This document shows, piece by piece, positions 19,101 to 27,125 of a stretch of 64,000 nt of DNA. The DNA comes from Anaerolineae bacterium (GTDB lineage Bacteria > Chloroflexota > Anaerolineae > Anaerolineales > UBA6663). The notes beneath the pieces were generated by a model. It saw only the letters and a program-made list of their open reading frames with translations, ran no database searches and was not told where the DNA came from. The stretch covers positions 1,440 to 65,439 of the forward strand of contig JBBIQY010000004.1 of NCBI GenBank assembly GCA_037442085.1, written 5' to 3'. Both the position numbers and the translations under genes were made by a program. Position 1 is the first letter of the stretch. Each line of letters opens with the position of its first letter.

Positions 19101-19616
19101 TTGCAGCCACGAGCGCAGACAGCCGGGGTCGTTGTCAGTGCGGCATCCCAGGGCCTTTTGGAAATTGCCAACGGCGACGGCAATGACGGTGTTGAAGTTA
19201 TCGGTGACCCAGTGCGTCTTATGGTCATAGTAAAACTTGACCGGCGTCGCCTGCGGCACGACGAGCGGGATGTCTGGCCCGTTCTGCTTGGCGTTGGCGC
19301 CGTAGTTCTCGCCCCAAGTGCGGTTCAGCGCCACCTTGTAGCGCGGGCCGCGTCCATCCTGATCGTTGCCCGGCTGAATGGTAAATGTCTGTTGCCAGAC
19401 GTCGTCCTCCGTATCGTAGACGAGGAAGGCCAGCTCGCAGTCCGGCTGCCAATCGCCGGGGCAGCCCAGTTCGGATTGGTGCGTTCCGGGGATGGTGACG
19501 GTTTGAGGATTGGGGGTGTGCGCGGCCTGAGCGGGCGCGCTCGCCAGCGGCGCACACAGCATGGCAAACGCGCTCACTACAGCAAGCGGCCATGATCGGC
19601 GTTGGAGATTGGGCAT
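16110..19616 (-). CDS. Pullulanase-type alpha-1,6-glucosidase (GH13), secreted, with a C-terminal transmembrane anchor
   Basis: 1168 aa. Signal peptide. GH13 pullulanase motifs GFNWGYDPHHY, RVVMDVVYNHT, GFRFDLMGH, YGEGWNFGE, YVSAHDNETLWD. Pro/Ala linker and hydrophobic C-terminal helix ending RRRV. Confidence 0.85.
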   Translation of the reverse strand: MPNLQRRSWPLAVVSAFAMLCAPLASAPAQAAHTPNPQTVTIPGTHQSELGCPGDWQPDCELAFLVYDTEDDVWQQTFTIQPGNDQDGRGPRYKVALNRTWGENYGANAKQNGPDIPLVVPQATPVKFYYDHKTHWVTDNFNTVIAVAVGNFQKALGCRTDNDPGCLRSWLQDSDGDGLFEFTTTQLPAGTYTVQVALNESDAQRVGEQQSFTVKAQGDPVYFGYEAESEKLMVSTEGAPRGNLRAMQAHWVSRDTILWNVAGSPGNRYSLHYSPEAQLALAATGIVGGTEIPLTFVGGGPGEAILERFPHLKGYTTLRLPEAALARVPDMLRGQVAVTALDPAGRVIDSTGLQLPGVLDDVYRYDGLLGVTWESGAPTLRVWAPTARAVSLLLYDDSTTAAGLDVPMQFDADSGVWRVTGEASWKNKFYLLSVQVYVPSTGRFETNLVTDPYSYSLSTNGRRSQFVDLDDPSLKPPGWETVSKPPLEAPEDIVLYELHVRDFSAHDPSVPAELRGTFKAFTLLDSNGMKHLRRLAEAGLTHVHLLPAFDIASINEDKSTWQTVDEATLAALPGDSEAQQAAVGAIADRDGFNWGYDPHHYTAPEGAYSTEPDGSARIREFREMVQALNAIGLRVVMDVVYNHTNASGLAEKSVLDKIVPGYYHRLNDRGEVERSTCCENTATEHRMMEKLMIDSVRTWATAYKVDGFRFDLMGHHMLSNMVKLRAMLDALTVENDGVDGRAIYVYGEGWNFGEVADNARGVNATQRNIGGTGIGVFNDRLRDGVRGGGPFDALPLQGFATGLWFQPNGAESRPADEQQAKLLSYLSWIRIGLAGNLKEYRFPDGVVGVGISYNGVPAAYTLDPQENVVYVSAHDNETLWDAVQAKAPAGASVQDRLRMHYLAMDLVLLAQGVPFFHAGDELLRSKSLDRNSYNSGDWFNRLDFTYTSNNWAVGLPPAGDNRDRWPIIRPLLANPALKVTRDDLLRSLAHFETMLQVRKSSALFRLRTADEVKRRLTFFNLGPDAVPGLIVYRLDNTGADRLDDPFDQIVVLFNGSPDPITWGDAAFMGGTFALHPLLAASAEAGVEQSRFDSTSGAFTVPGRTTAVFVVSREPPASAAGVAPTAAPAAAPTPVPAPPPAVPGDLTLLLIAIMVGALVTVVLLVRRRV

Positions 19617-19708
19617 GTTGCCTCCGGTGGTCGCAATTATACGGGCAACCCCGAGCGGGACTGCGCCTTACTTGTACAAGGAGCGCGGCAGTTCAACCCG
19701 GCTCGTGA

Positions 19709-20512
19709 TCAGCGAAGCGTCATGAACCCCGCCCGCTCGCAGTCGGCCAGCATTTGGCGGATGTCGTCGTAGTCGCGGTCGGTCACCGGCGCAAAGCGTT
19801 CGATGAAGCCGAAGGCCAGCACGGCGCGCGCGCGGGGGTCGGCGCCCAGGTCCAGCAGGGCGGCGCGCAGCTCGGCCTTCAACGTCGCCGGCAACCGGCC
19901 CGCCGCCACCACCGGCGGAATGGTCGAGGGTCCGAAGGAGTCGATTACTTTGACTCGCTCCGCCAGCTCAGGGCGCTCGCGCAACTCGATCATCAACACC
20001 TGACAATCAATCGCCGCGCCATCCACCGCCCCGTCCGCCACCTGTTCCAGACAGAGTTGATGAAAGCCGGCCTGCACCACCCGGCCGAAGAAGCCGCCGG
20101 TGAGGCCGCGCCGCACCATCGCCGCACGCGTCAGGTTATAGCCGGAGTGCGAGCCGGGGTCGTTGTACGCCCACGTCCGTCCGCGCAGCTCTGCGAAGCG
20201 CGTAAACGGCGCGGCGCGGTGCACGATGACATCAGAGAAGTAAACAGGACGGTCGTAACCGGCGAACCGCGAACCGTACAGCACCGGCGCGGTCAGCGGC
20301 TCCAGCAAGCCCGGCGTCCGGCGCAACAACTGCACGTATGGCAGACCACAGAGGAAGCCGGCTTCGGCCTCACCACGCACGAACGTCTCGAATGACCGGC
20401 CCACGGTCAGTTCCGTCTCGATGCCCAGTCGCGCGCCCACGGCCTCCACAATAAACTGATACACGGGCCACATATTCGGCGCAAGGAAGGTCTCGAAACG
20501 AAGCTTGATCAT
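19709..20512 (-). CDS. PhnD-like (phosphonate-binding-type) periplasmic-binding-fold protein without a signal peptide
   Basis: MIKLRFETFLAPNMWPVYQFIVEAVGARLG...EAEAGFLCGLPYV resembles the PhnD/Phosphonate-bd family. No partner permease or ATPase nearby. Confidence 0.5.
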   Translation of the reverse strand: MIKLRFETFLAPNMWPVYQFIVEAVGARLGIETELTVGRSFETFVRGEAEAGFLCGLPYVQLLRRTPGLLEPLTAPVLYGSRFAGYDRPVYFSDVIVHRAAPFTRFAELRGRTWAYNDPGSHSGYNLTRAAMVRRGLTGGFFGRVVQAGFHQLCLEQVADGAVDGAAIDCQVLMIELRERPELAERVKVIDSFGPSTIPPVVAAGRLPATLKAELRAALLDLGADPRARAVLAFGFIERFAPVTDRDYDDIRQMLADCERAGFMTLR

Positions 20513-20626
20513 GGGGCTGAGCGGTTGGGTTGGCTGGCCGGTCGGTCGAATGGTCGGTTCGCCGTACATTATGCCCTAAACACGGAAGTTCGATCCTGCG
20601 GCCTTTCACCCTATTCGTTTTCCCGT

Positions 20627-20653
20627 GCAACTTTCCTCCACCCCTGCCTGTAT
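20627..20653 (+). promoter_or_regulatory. Candidate ECF-type promoter GCAACTTTCCTC-N7-GCCTGTAT upstream of the sigma gene
   Basis: The same motif with the same spacing recurs at 22426-22452. AAC-N16-CTGTAT geometry resembles ECF -35/-10 spacing. Confidence 0.45.
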
Positions 20654-20665
20654 TACACTCCAGGC

Positions 20666-21214
20666 ATGAGTGACTCGACCGCGGGCGACGATTGGGAGTG
20701 GCTGAGTCGCGCCCGGCGCGGCGACCCGGATGCCTACGGTCTCATCGTGCGGCGCTACCAGACGGCGGTGTTCAACGTGTGCTATCGTCTGTTGCATGAC
20801 CGGGCCGAAGCCGAGGACGCGGCACAGGAGGCCTTTATCCGGGCCTACACCCGGCTCGAGACATTTGATCTGGAGCGCCCGTTCGGCCCGTGGATCAAGC
20901 GCGTGGCCGCCAATCTGTGCCTCAACCGGCTGGAGGCCCGCCCACCCGCTGCCGTCGAGCTGGATGAGGAGCGTGACCGCGCCCCCGATGGCGACCCGGA
21001 ATCAGCGCATGAGCAAACCGAAAGCGCGCAGGCCGTCCGCGCCGCGATTGCGAGCCTGCCGCCGCGCTACCGCGCCGCCATAGAATTGCGACACTTCCAG
21101 AGCCTGAGTTACGCGGAGATAGCCGCCGCGCTCGACCTTCCGCTCAGCGACGTGAAAAGCCACCTGTTCCGCGCGCGCCGCCTCCTGGCGGAGAAACTGA
21201 AACGGGAAACGTAA
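20666..21214 (+). CDS. ECF (group 4) RNA polymerase sigma-70 factor
   Basis: MSDSTAGDDWEWLSRARRGDPDAYGLIVRRYQTAVFNVCYRLLHDRAEAEDAAQEAFIRAY (region 2) and ...LSYAEIAAALDLPLSDVKSHLFRARRLL (region 4). Confidence 0.85.
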   Translation: MSDSTAGDDWEWLSRARRGDPDAYGLIVRRYQTAVFNVCYRLLHDRAEAEDAAQEAFIRAYTRLETFDLERPFGPWIKRVAANLCLNRLEARPPAAVELDEERDRAPDGDPESAHEQTESAQAVRAAIASLPPRYRAAIELRHFQSLSYAEIAAALDLPLSDVKSHLFRARRLLAEKLKRET

Positions 21215-21237
21215 CGCGTAAATGTGGTGCATGCGCC

Positions 21238-21870
21238 ATGACTGCGTCACGCATCACGCAATGCGAAACACATATGACGACTCAACATCTCAGCGCTGAA
21301 ACCCTGAACGAATACCTCGACGGCGCGCTGGAGGCCCCGGCCCGGGCGCAGGCGGAAGCTCATCTGGCCGATTGCCCGCAATGCGCAGCCCGGCTGGCGT
21401 CATGGCGCGCCTTGTTCGCGGGGCTGGCCGCCCTGCCGGAAGAGCCGCTGGCGCGCGATTTGAGCGCAGACGTGCTGGCGCGCTTGCCGCAACCCGCCGA
21501 AGCGTTGTCCATTCTGCCGAAGCTGCGCTGGATCGTCGCCGCCCAGGCGCTGGCCGCCGTTGTGCTGCTGGCCAGCGCCGCGCCGTTCGTCACAGCCGCG
21601 CTGCCGATTGTTGACCCGGTGACGATCAGCCAACCTGCCGTTCAATTCATAACCGAGCTACTGACCGGCCTGGCCGCGCAAGCGCAAAGCCTGGCCAGCG
21701 CGCTCACGGTCTGGAGTGAGCAGGGCCTGGCCGGCGTGCGTGCGCTCACGACGCCTCTGGCGAAGACCTCGACCTGGTTGCTGAGCGCGGGCCTGGCTGC
21801 CGCTTTTGTGCTGTGGGTGTTGGGCAACGGCCTGCTCCTGCGCCGGACATTTTCGACACGGAGCCGCTAA
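21238..21870 (+). CDS. Anti-sigma factor (zf-HC2 type), membrane-spanning
   Basis: HLADCPQCAARL (H-x3-C-x2-C) near the N-terminus, followed by TM segments. The start could be the internal ATG at 21274. Confidence 0.7.
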   Translation: MTASRITQCETHMTTQHLSAETLNEYLDGALEAPARAQAEAHLADCPQCAARLASWRALFAGLAALPEEPLARDLSADVLARLPQPAEALSILPKLRWIVAAQALAAVVLLASAAPFVTAALPIVDPVTISQPAVQFITELLTGLAAQAQSLASALTVWSEQGLAGVRALTTPLAKTSTWLLSAGLAAAFVLWVLGNGLLLRRTFSTRSR

Positions 21871-22374
21871 ATGGACGAATTGCTGCGTGCTTTTCTTGCT
21901 ATCCTCCTGGGCAACGCCCTGCTCATCCCGCTGGTCTTGAGCATCGCCGCGCTCTTCCCACGCCGCATAGCTCGCACACGCGCTGTGGCAGATTCCCTGC
22001 CGGGCCGCGCCTTCGCCGTCGGGCTGATCAACTTCCTGTTCTTCGGCGCGATAGCCCTCGGCTTCTCTGCCCTCGCCGATGCCCTAGGCCGCGAACTGAT
22101 TCGCCTGCCTGCGCTGCTCGTCGTCGGCGTCCTCACAATCGCCCTGAGCTACGGGCTGACCGCTATGGCCCACCTGACCGGCGATCGGCTGCGCCCACAA
22201 GACAGCGCGCTGCGCCGCACTCTCTGGGGGACGCTGGCCCTCAGCCTCGGCAGCACCTTCCCGTTCGTCGGCTGGTTCCTTCTCTTGCCCTACGCCGCCT
22301 GTCTCGGCCTCGGCGCGTTCATCCTCAGCTTCTTCGTGCGCGAGCGAGAACAGACCGCAGACAGCGGACGGTAG
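21871..22374 (+). CDS. Polytopic membrane protein of unknown function (paralog of 22487-23017)
   Basis: 167 aa, about 4 hydrophobic helices. Shares FP(F/L)VGWF and overall layout with the downstream paralog. Starts 1 nt after the anti-sigma stop. Confidence 0.6.
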   Translation: MDELLRAFLAILLGNALLIPLVLSIAALFPRRIARTRAVADSLPGRAFAVGLINFLFFGAIALGFSALADALGRELIRLPALLVVGVLTIALSYGLTAMAHLTGDRLRPQDSALRRTLWGTLALSLGSTFPFVGWFLLLPYAACLGLGAFILSFFVREREQTADSGR

Positions 22375-22404
22375 ACGGCGATCAGCCGTCCGCTGTCTGC
22401 GGTC
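22353..22404 (+). terminator. 19-bp perfect hairpin spanning the stop codon of 21871-22374
   Basis: GACCGCAGACAGCGGACGG (22353-22371) pairs with CCGTCCGCTGTCTGCGGTC (22386-22404); 14-nt loop contains the TAG stop. No U-tract. Confidence 0.45.
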
Positions 22405-22425
22405 GGCGTGCTGCCATCATTCGCC

Positions 22426-22452
22426 GCAACTTTCCTCGTCAGCCGCCTGTAT
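22426..22452 (+). promoter_or_regulatory. Second copy of the GCAACTTTCCTC-N7-GCCTGTAT promoter-like motif
   Basis: 35 nt upstream of the ATG at 22487; identical 12-mer and 8-mer with identical spacing to 20627-20653. Confidence 0.45.
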
Positions 22453-22486
22453 CCCTTTCCAGACAAACACGAAAGGACAGGCTCTC

Positions 22487-23017
22487 ATGGCTGACGTCTC
22501 CGCACTCTTTGGCCTCCTGCTGTTTCTCGGGCTGGTCTTTCCCGGCCTGCTCAGCGCCGTCTGGTTGATCTTCCCGGCCACGGTGGAGCGCGCGCGGCTG
22601 CGCCTCGACCGCACACCCTGGCAGTGCTTCTGGCTCGGAGGCGTGCTCACCGCCCTCGTCGCCATCCCCACGACCATCCTGATGGTGTTGCCCAGCGGTG
22701 CAGCCAAGTTCCTCGGCTTGAGCGTGTTGGTGATTGTGTTGACCATCGCCTCGGTGGGCGCAGCCGGTTTGGTGAGCAAGATGGCCGGCCAACTCGGGGC
22801 CTTCAGCCGCGACCTCGCGCCCGCGAGCGCCTTCCTGCGTGCGGCCCTGGCGCTGGAACTGGCCGCCGCGTTCCCACTGGTCGGCTGGTTCATTATCACG
22901 CCGCTGGCCGCCGTCGTCTCGCTCGGCGCAACCGCCTTTGCCCTGCTCAAGTGGATGCCGCGCCCTACTCCTCGCCCGGTCGAAGACGGGACAGGGGTGA
23001 GGGTGAACGCGGCGTAG
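22487..23017 (+). CDS. Polytopic membrane protein of unknown function (paralog of 21871-22374)
   Basis: 176 aa, hydrophobic, FPLVGWFIITPLAAV motif shared with the paralog. AAGGACAGG RBS-like sequence upstream. Confidence 0.6.
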   Translation: MADVSALFGLLLFLGLVFPGLLSAVWLIFPATVERARLRLDRTPWQCFWLGGVLTALVAIPTTILMVLPSGAAKFLGLSVLVIVLTIASVGAAGLVSKMAGQLGAFSRDLAPASAFLRAALALELAAAFPLVGWFIITPLAAVVSLGATAFALLKWMPRPTPRPVEDGTGVRVNAA

Positions 23018-23064
23018 TGCATGTTCCCCAAACCCAAAGGACACATCACCACAGGTCAAACTCT

Positions 23065-23433
23065 ATGCGCCTCATTCTTCTCCTCCTCAGCCTCGTGGCC
23101 GCCCTCGCACTCACAGCCTGCGAGAAGACCTCGCACACCGTTCGCTACGAAGTAAACGGCACCGCGCGCGACGTGCGCGTGACTTACCGCAACGCCAGCG
23201 GCGCAATCGAAGAACAAGCCAGCGTACCCCTGCCCTGGAGCCTAGAGTTCACCGCCGAGACGTTCGATTGGCTGCATGTGCACGTCTTCAACGCCACACT
23301 CTCCGGCACGGTGAGTTGTAAGGTGTTGATTGACGGCCAGGTGTTCAGAGAAGCCGAGTCCACGGGCGGGCTGACCACCGCGAGCTGCGGCGGCCTGCTA
23401 CTCGTTGACCCGACTCCCACGCCCACGCCATGA
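23065..23433 (+). CDS. MmpS-like lipoprotein
   Basis: Lipobox LALTAC, then VRYEVNGTARDVRVTYRNASGAIEEQASVPLPWSLEF, which matches the MmpS-domain pattern (V.YEV.G....I.Y.....Q....LPWS). Its stop overlaps the next start (ATGA at 23430). Confidence 0.6.
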   Translation: MRLILLLLSLVAALALTACEKTSHTVRYEVNGTARDVRVTYRNASGAIEEQASVPLPWSLEFTAETFDWLHVHVFNATLSGTVSCKVLIDGQVFREAESTGGLTTASCGGLLLVDPTPTPTP

Positions 23434-24983
23434 CCACGTTGAACCGCCGCCGCTTCCTGCAACTCGCCGGGTTGGTGGCCGCCAGCGCGGCGCTGGCGGC
23501 CTGCGACAACGAAAACCCGTTGGGCCGCCCGGTACAACGATTGCGCCAGCGACTCGCCGGCCAGCCCGCGCCGCTCGGGCCATGGCCGGAGGACGACGCC
23601 GCAACCTTCGCCGCCCTGAATCGGCTGACCTTCGGCCCGCGCCTGGAAGAGCGCCGGCGTGTGGCCGAGATCGGTCTGCCGGCCTGGATCGAGGAGCAGC
23701 TGGCGCCCACTGCCATTGACGACGGCGCCACCGACGTGCTGCTGGCCGGCTTCGACACGCTGAAGATGCGCGCCCACGAGCTGCACGCCTGGAGCGACAA
23801 GCTCTTCGACGATCAAGACCGCACGACCGTCCCGGACGAACTGCGCCGCGCCACGCTGCTGCGCCAGATTTACAGCCGCCGCCAACTGTACGAAATCATG
23901 GTCGAGTTCTGGACCGACCATTTCAACATCAGTACCGAGAAGGGCGACTGTTTCTACCTCAAGACGGTGGACGACCGCGACGTCATTCGCCCGCACGCGC
24001 TCGGCAACTTCCGCGATCTGCTACAGGCCTCGGCTCATTCGCCGGCGATGCTCGTCTACCTCGACCAGCACGTCAGCGATAAGAGCCATCCCAACGAAAA
24101 CTACGCCCGCGAGCTGCTGGAGCTGCACACGCTCGGCGTGGACGGCGGTTACACCCAGCGCGACGTGATGGAGCTGGCGCGCGCGCTCACCGGCTGGACG
24201 GTGGTCGAGACGACGGCCCTGGCGGCCTGGCGCTGGCGCGGCGATTTTGCCTTCGACCCCAATAAGCATGACGATGGTTTGAAGACCGTGCTGGGGATGC
24301 GGCTGGAGCCGGCGGGCCAGCGCGAAGCCGAGCGCGTGATTGACGCGTTGGCCGCTCATCCGAGCACCGCGCGCTTCATCACACGCAAACTGGCCCGGCG
24401 TTGCCTCGGGCCGGACGCACCCCCTGAACTACTGGCTCGCGCTGCGCAAACCTTCATGCAGGCCGGCGGCGACATCCGCGCTGTGCTGCGCGTCCTGCTG
24501 CTGGAGGGAGTCGCGGCAAACGCCTCCTCGCCCCTTGGGAGAGGGGGCTGGGGGATGAGGGTCTTCAAGCGCCCGGTCAACTTCGTCGTCTCGGCGCTGC
24601 GGCAGCTCAACGCCGTCACCGACGTCGGCCGGCCGCTGCTGGACGTGCTGGCGCGCTCCGGCCAACCGCTCTTTGGCTGGCCCACGCCCGACGGCTATCC
24701 CGACCGGGCCGAAGCCTGGCAGGGCAACTTGATGCCGCGCTGGCAGTTCGCGCTGGCTCTGGCGCGGAACGAAGTCGAAGGCACCGAAATCAATGTCGCC
24801 GAACTGTTGGCCGGGGACTCGCCGCAAGCGCTGGCCGACCGGCTGGCTGTTTTACTGCTCGGCGCGCCGTTGCCCACGCCTCAGCGCGATTCGTTGCTTG
24901 CGGACCTGCGCGAAGCCGACGCCGAACTGCCTCAGGTGCTGACCGCTGGCCTGCTCGCTTCACCCGCCTTTCAATGGCGTTGA
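23430..24983 (+). CDS. DUF1800 domain protein with Tat-type signal
   Basis: MTTLNRRRFLQLAGLVAASAALAAC; body resembles DUF1800 (..ELLELHTLGVDGGYTQRDVMELARALTGW..) and is paired with a downstream DUF1501. Confidence 0.7.
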   Translation: MTTLNRRRFLQLAGLVAASAALAACDNENPLGRPVQRLRQRLAGQPAPLGPWPEDDAATFAALNRLTFGPRLEERRRVAEIGLPAWIEEQLAPTAIDDGATDVLLAGFDTLKMRAHELHAWSDKLFDDQDRTTVPDELRRATLLRQIYSRRQLYEIMVEFWTDHFNISTEKGDCFYLKTVDDRDVIRPHALGNFRDLLQASAHSPAMLVYLDQHVSDKSHPNENYARELLELHTLGVDGGYTQRDVMELARALTGWTVVETTALAAWRWRGDFAFDPNKHDDGLKTVLGMRLEPAGQREAERVIDALAAHPSTARFITRKLARRCLGPDAPPELLARAAQTFMQAGGDIRAVLRVLLLEGVAANASSPLGRGGWGMRVFKRPVNFVVSALRQLNAVTDVGRPLLDVLARSGQPLFGWPTPDGYPDRAEAWQGNLMPRWQFALALARNEVEGTEINVAELLAGDSPQALADRLAVLLLGAPLPTPQRDSLLADLREADAELPQVLTAGLLASPAFQWR

Positions 24984-25011
24984 GTACAAATTCATCAGTC
25001 ATCCTTCAACC

Positions 25012-26286
25012 ATGCCCACTACTCTCACCCGCCGCCGGTTCCCTCGATCGTCCGCCTTGCTCTCCGGCACCCTGGCCGCCTTCGCACAGCGAAGGATGCC
25101 AAGTTGGATGCCGCGTCTGAGCTTCGCGCCAAAGGACGAAGCCCCGCGCGGCGACACGCTCGTGGTCGTTTTTCTGCGCGGCGCGGCGGACGTGCTCAAC
25201 ATGATCGTGCCGCACGGCGAGAGCGCCTACTACGCGCAACGCCCCACGCTCGCCATCCCCCGGCCCGACCAGACCTCCGCGCCTCGCAGCGCACGCGTGC
25301 TGGACCTCGACGGCTTCTTCGGCCTGCACCCGGCGCTGGCCGCGCTGCTGCCCGCCTGGCAGGAAAAGCACCTGGCCGTCATTCACGCCTGCGGCGCGCC
25401 GGACGAGTCGCGCTCGCACTTCCGCGCGATGGAGCTGATGGAGCGCGGCGTGGAAGATGAACGCGGCCCGGCTTCCGGCTGGCTCGGGCGGCATCTCGCG
25501 ACGCTCAACACCGGCAACCGCTCGCCGCTGCGCGCCATCGGCCTGGGTGCGCTGACGCCGCGCAGCCTGAGCGGTGCGGTCCCGGCCGCCGCCCTGCGCT
25601 CTATCGCCGATTTTCACCTGGGCGGGGATGCGCGCGCGGTCGAGCATATGCGGGCCGCGCTTGCCTCGCTATACGCCGGCGCCGGGCCGCTCGATGTCAT
25701 CGGACAAGAGACCCTCGACATCCTCGACACCCTTCAGGCCCTCGATCCGCTCGGTTATTCTCCAACCTCCGATCTCCAATACCCTGCTTCCGATTTCGGC
25801 ATGGGCCTGCGCCAGATCGCCATGTTGATCAAGGCCGAGGTCGGGCTGGAAGTGGCGGCGCTCGATTTAGGCGGGTGGGACACGCACTTCGCGCAAGGCG
25901 GCAGCGACGGCCTGATGGCGGGCCTGCTGCACGACCTGGCCGACGGGCTGGCTGCCTTCCACGCCGACCTGTTCGAGTATGCGAACCGATTGACGATCGT
26001 GGTGATGAGTGAGTTTGGGCGCAGGCTGACCGAGAACGCCTCGCTCGGCACCGACCACGGCCACGGCAGCGCCATGCTGCTCATGGGCGGGAATGTGCGG
26101 GGCGGCCAGGTGCACGGGCGATGGCCGGGCCTGAACGAGGGACAACTGGTCGGGCCGGGCGACCTGGCCGTGACCACCGACTACCGCGACGTGCTGGCCG
26201 AGGTCTGTCTCAAGCGACTCAACAACCCCGCGATCGCGGACATCTTCCCCAACTATGTCGCGCAAATCAGAGGGTTCTTGAGATAG
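25012..26286 (+). CDS. DUF1501 domain protein (sulfatase-like fold) with Tat-type signal
   Basis: TRRRF..., LVVVFLRGAADVLNM, EFGRRLTENASLGTDHGHGSAMLLMGG, typical of DUF1501. Confidence 0.7.
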   Translation: MPTTLTRRRFPRSSALLSGTLAAFAQRRMPSWMPRLSFAPKDEAPRGDTLVVVFLRGAADVLNMIVPHGESAYYAQRPTLAIPRPDQTSAPRSARVLDLDGFFGLHPALAALLPAWQEKHLAVIHACGAPDESRSHFRAMELMERGVEDERGPASGWLGRHLATLNTGNRSPLRAIGLGALTPRSLSGAVPAAALRSIADFHLGGDARAVEHMRAALASLYAGAGPLDVIGQETLDILDTLQALDPLGYSPTSDLQYPASDFGMGLRQIAMLIKAEVGLEVAALDLGGWDTHFAQGGSDGLMAGLLHDLADGLAAFHADLFEYANRLTIVVMSEFGRRLTENASLGTDHGHGSAMLLMGGNVRGGQVHGRWPGLNEGQLVGPGDLAVTTDYRDVLAEVCLKRLNNPAIADIFPNYVAQIRGFLR

Positions 26287-26369
26287 AAGGGGCTTCAAAG
26301 ACGAAGAGCGGATGGAACATCGCGCCTCTCCACTCGCGGCGGGAGAGGGGCGAGGGATAAGACAAGACC

Positions 26370-27125
26370 TCACCCTCGCCCCTCCGACCGAAAGTACAGA
26401 AACACAAACCCTGCCGCCGTCGCCGTCAGCGCGTGCCACAGGCCGTGCCACTGGAACAGGCTGGCCGGGTCGCAGGGCAGGCGTGCGTCCGCCAGCCAGG
26501 TGGCCGCCGCCAGCGCAAACGTCGTAAGCGCGGCGATGAGCCAGCCGAACTGCATCCGGGGCCGACGCTTCAACCAGGCCGCGATCTCCAGCGCCGCCGC
26601 GCCCCCGAACAAGCCCACGAACACCACCTGTTGCAGCGCGTTGGCGAACACCATCTGCAAGCCGCCCAGCACGTTGACGCCGACATACAGCGCGGCCAAA
26701 GTCGCAGGCGACATCGGTCGCAGGCGGTGCGCGTTCACCAGCAGGATCAGGCTCAGCAGCAGGTAGACGCCCACCAAATCGAACCACTCACCCAGGCGCG
26801 TGAGCGAGGCGTGATAGAACCACGAGCCGAGGCCGACCGCCATCACTGCCCCGCCGAACACGGTCTGGTATTCGGGCCGGGCCGCACGGCGCGGCGGCGC
26901 AAAGACGATCAGCAGCCCGACCAGCACGAAGGCCAGATTGGAATGCGTGTTGATCGGCTGTACTATAAACGAGTCGCGCAACGTCTCACAGTAACAGTTG
27001 ACCTGCTCGCAACCGTCGCGCGGCCAGGCGTTCCAGGGCGAGGGCAACGGCGTCAAACTCACGGCGAGTGCAGTCGCCAGGCCAAACACAGCCAGCGCGC
27101 GCGCCCACCAGATCCAAAAACTCAT
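26370..27125 (-). CDS. Ceramidase-like (alkaline ceramidase family) integral membrane hydrolase
   Basis: CYCE...IVQPINTHSNLAF at TM1/2, WFYHASLT, C-terminal QWHGLWHAL; 7-TM-like hydrophobicity. Confidence 0.55.
   Translation of the reverse strand: MSFWIWWARALAVFGLATALAVSLTPLPSPWNAWPRDGCEQVNCYCETLRDSFIVQPINTHSNLAFVLVGLLIVFAPPRRAARPEYQTVFGGAVMAVGLGSWFYHASLTRLGEWFDLVGVYLLLSLILLVNAHRLRPMSPATLAALYVGVNVLGGLQMVFANALQQVVFVGLFGGAAALEIAAWLKRRPRMQFGWLIAALTTFALAAATWLADARLPCDPASLFQWHGLWHALTATAAGFVFLYFRSEGRG

Noticed and set aside
19636-19641. A TATAAT box upstream of the pullulanase gene, as a promoter call.
   Set aside because: The -10 hexamer is perfect, but I found no acceptable -35 or extended -10 at the right spacing. 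It is too weak to list as a feature.
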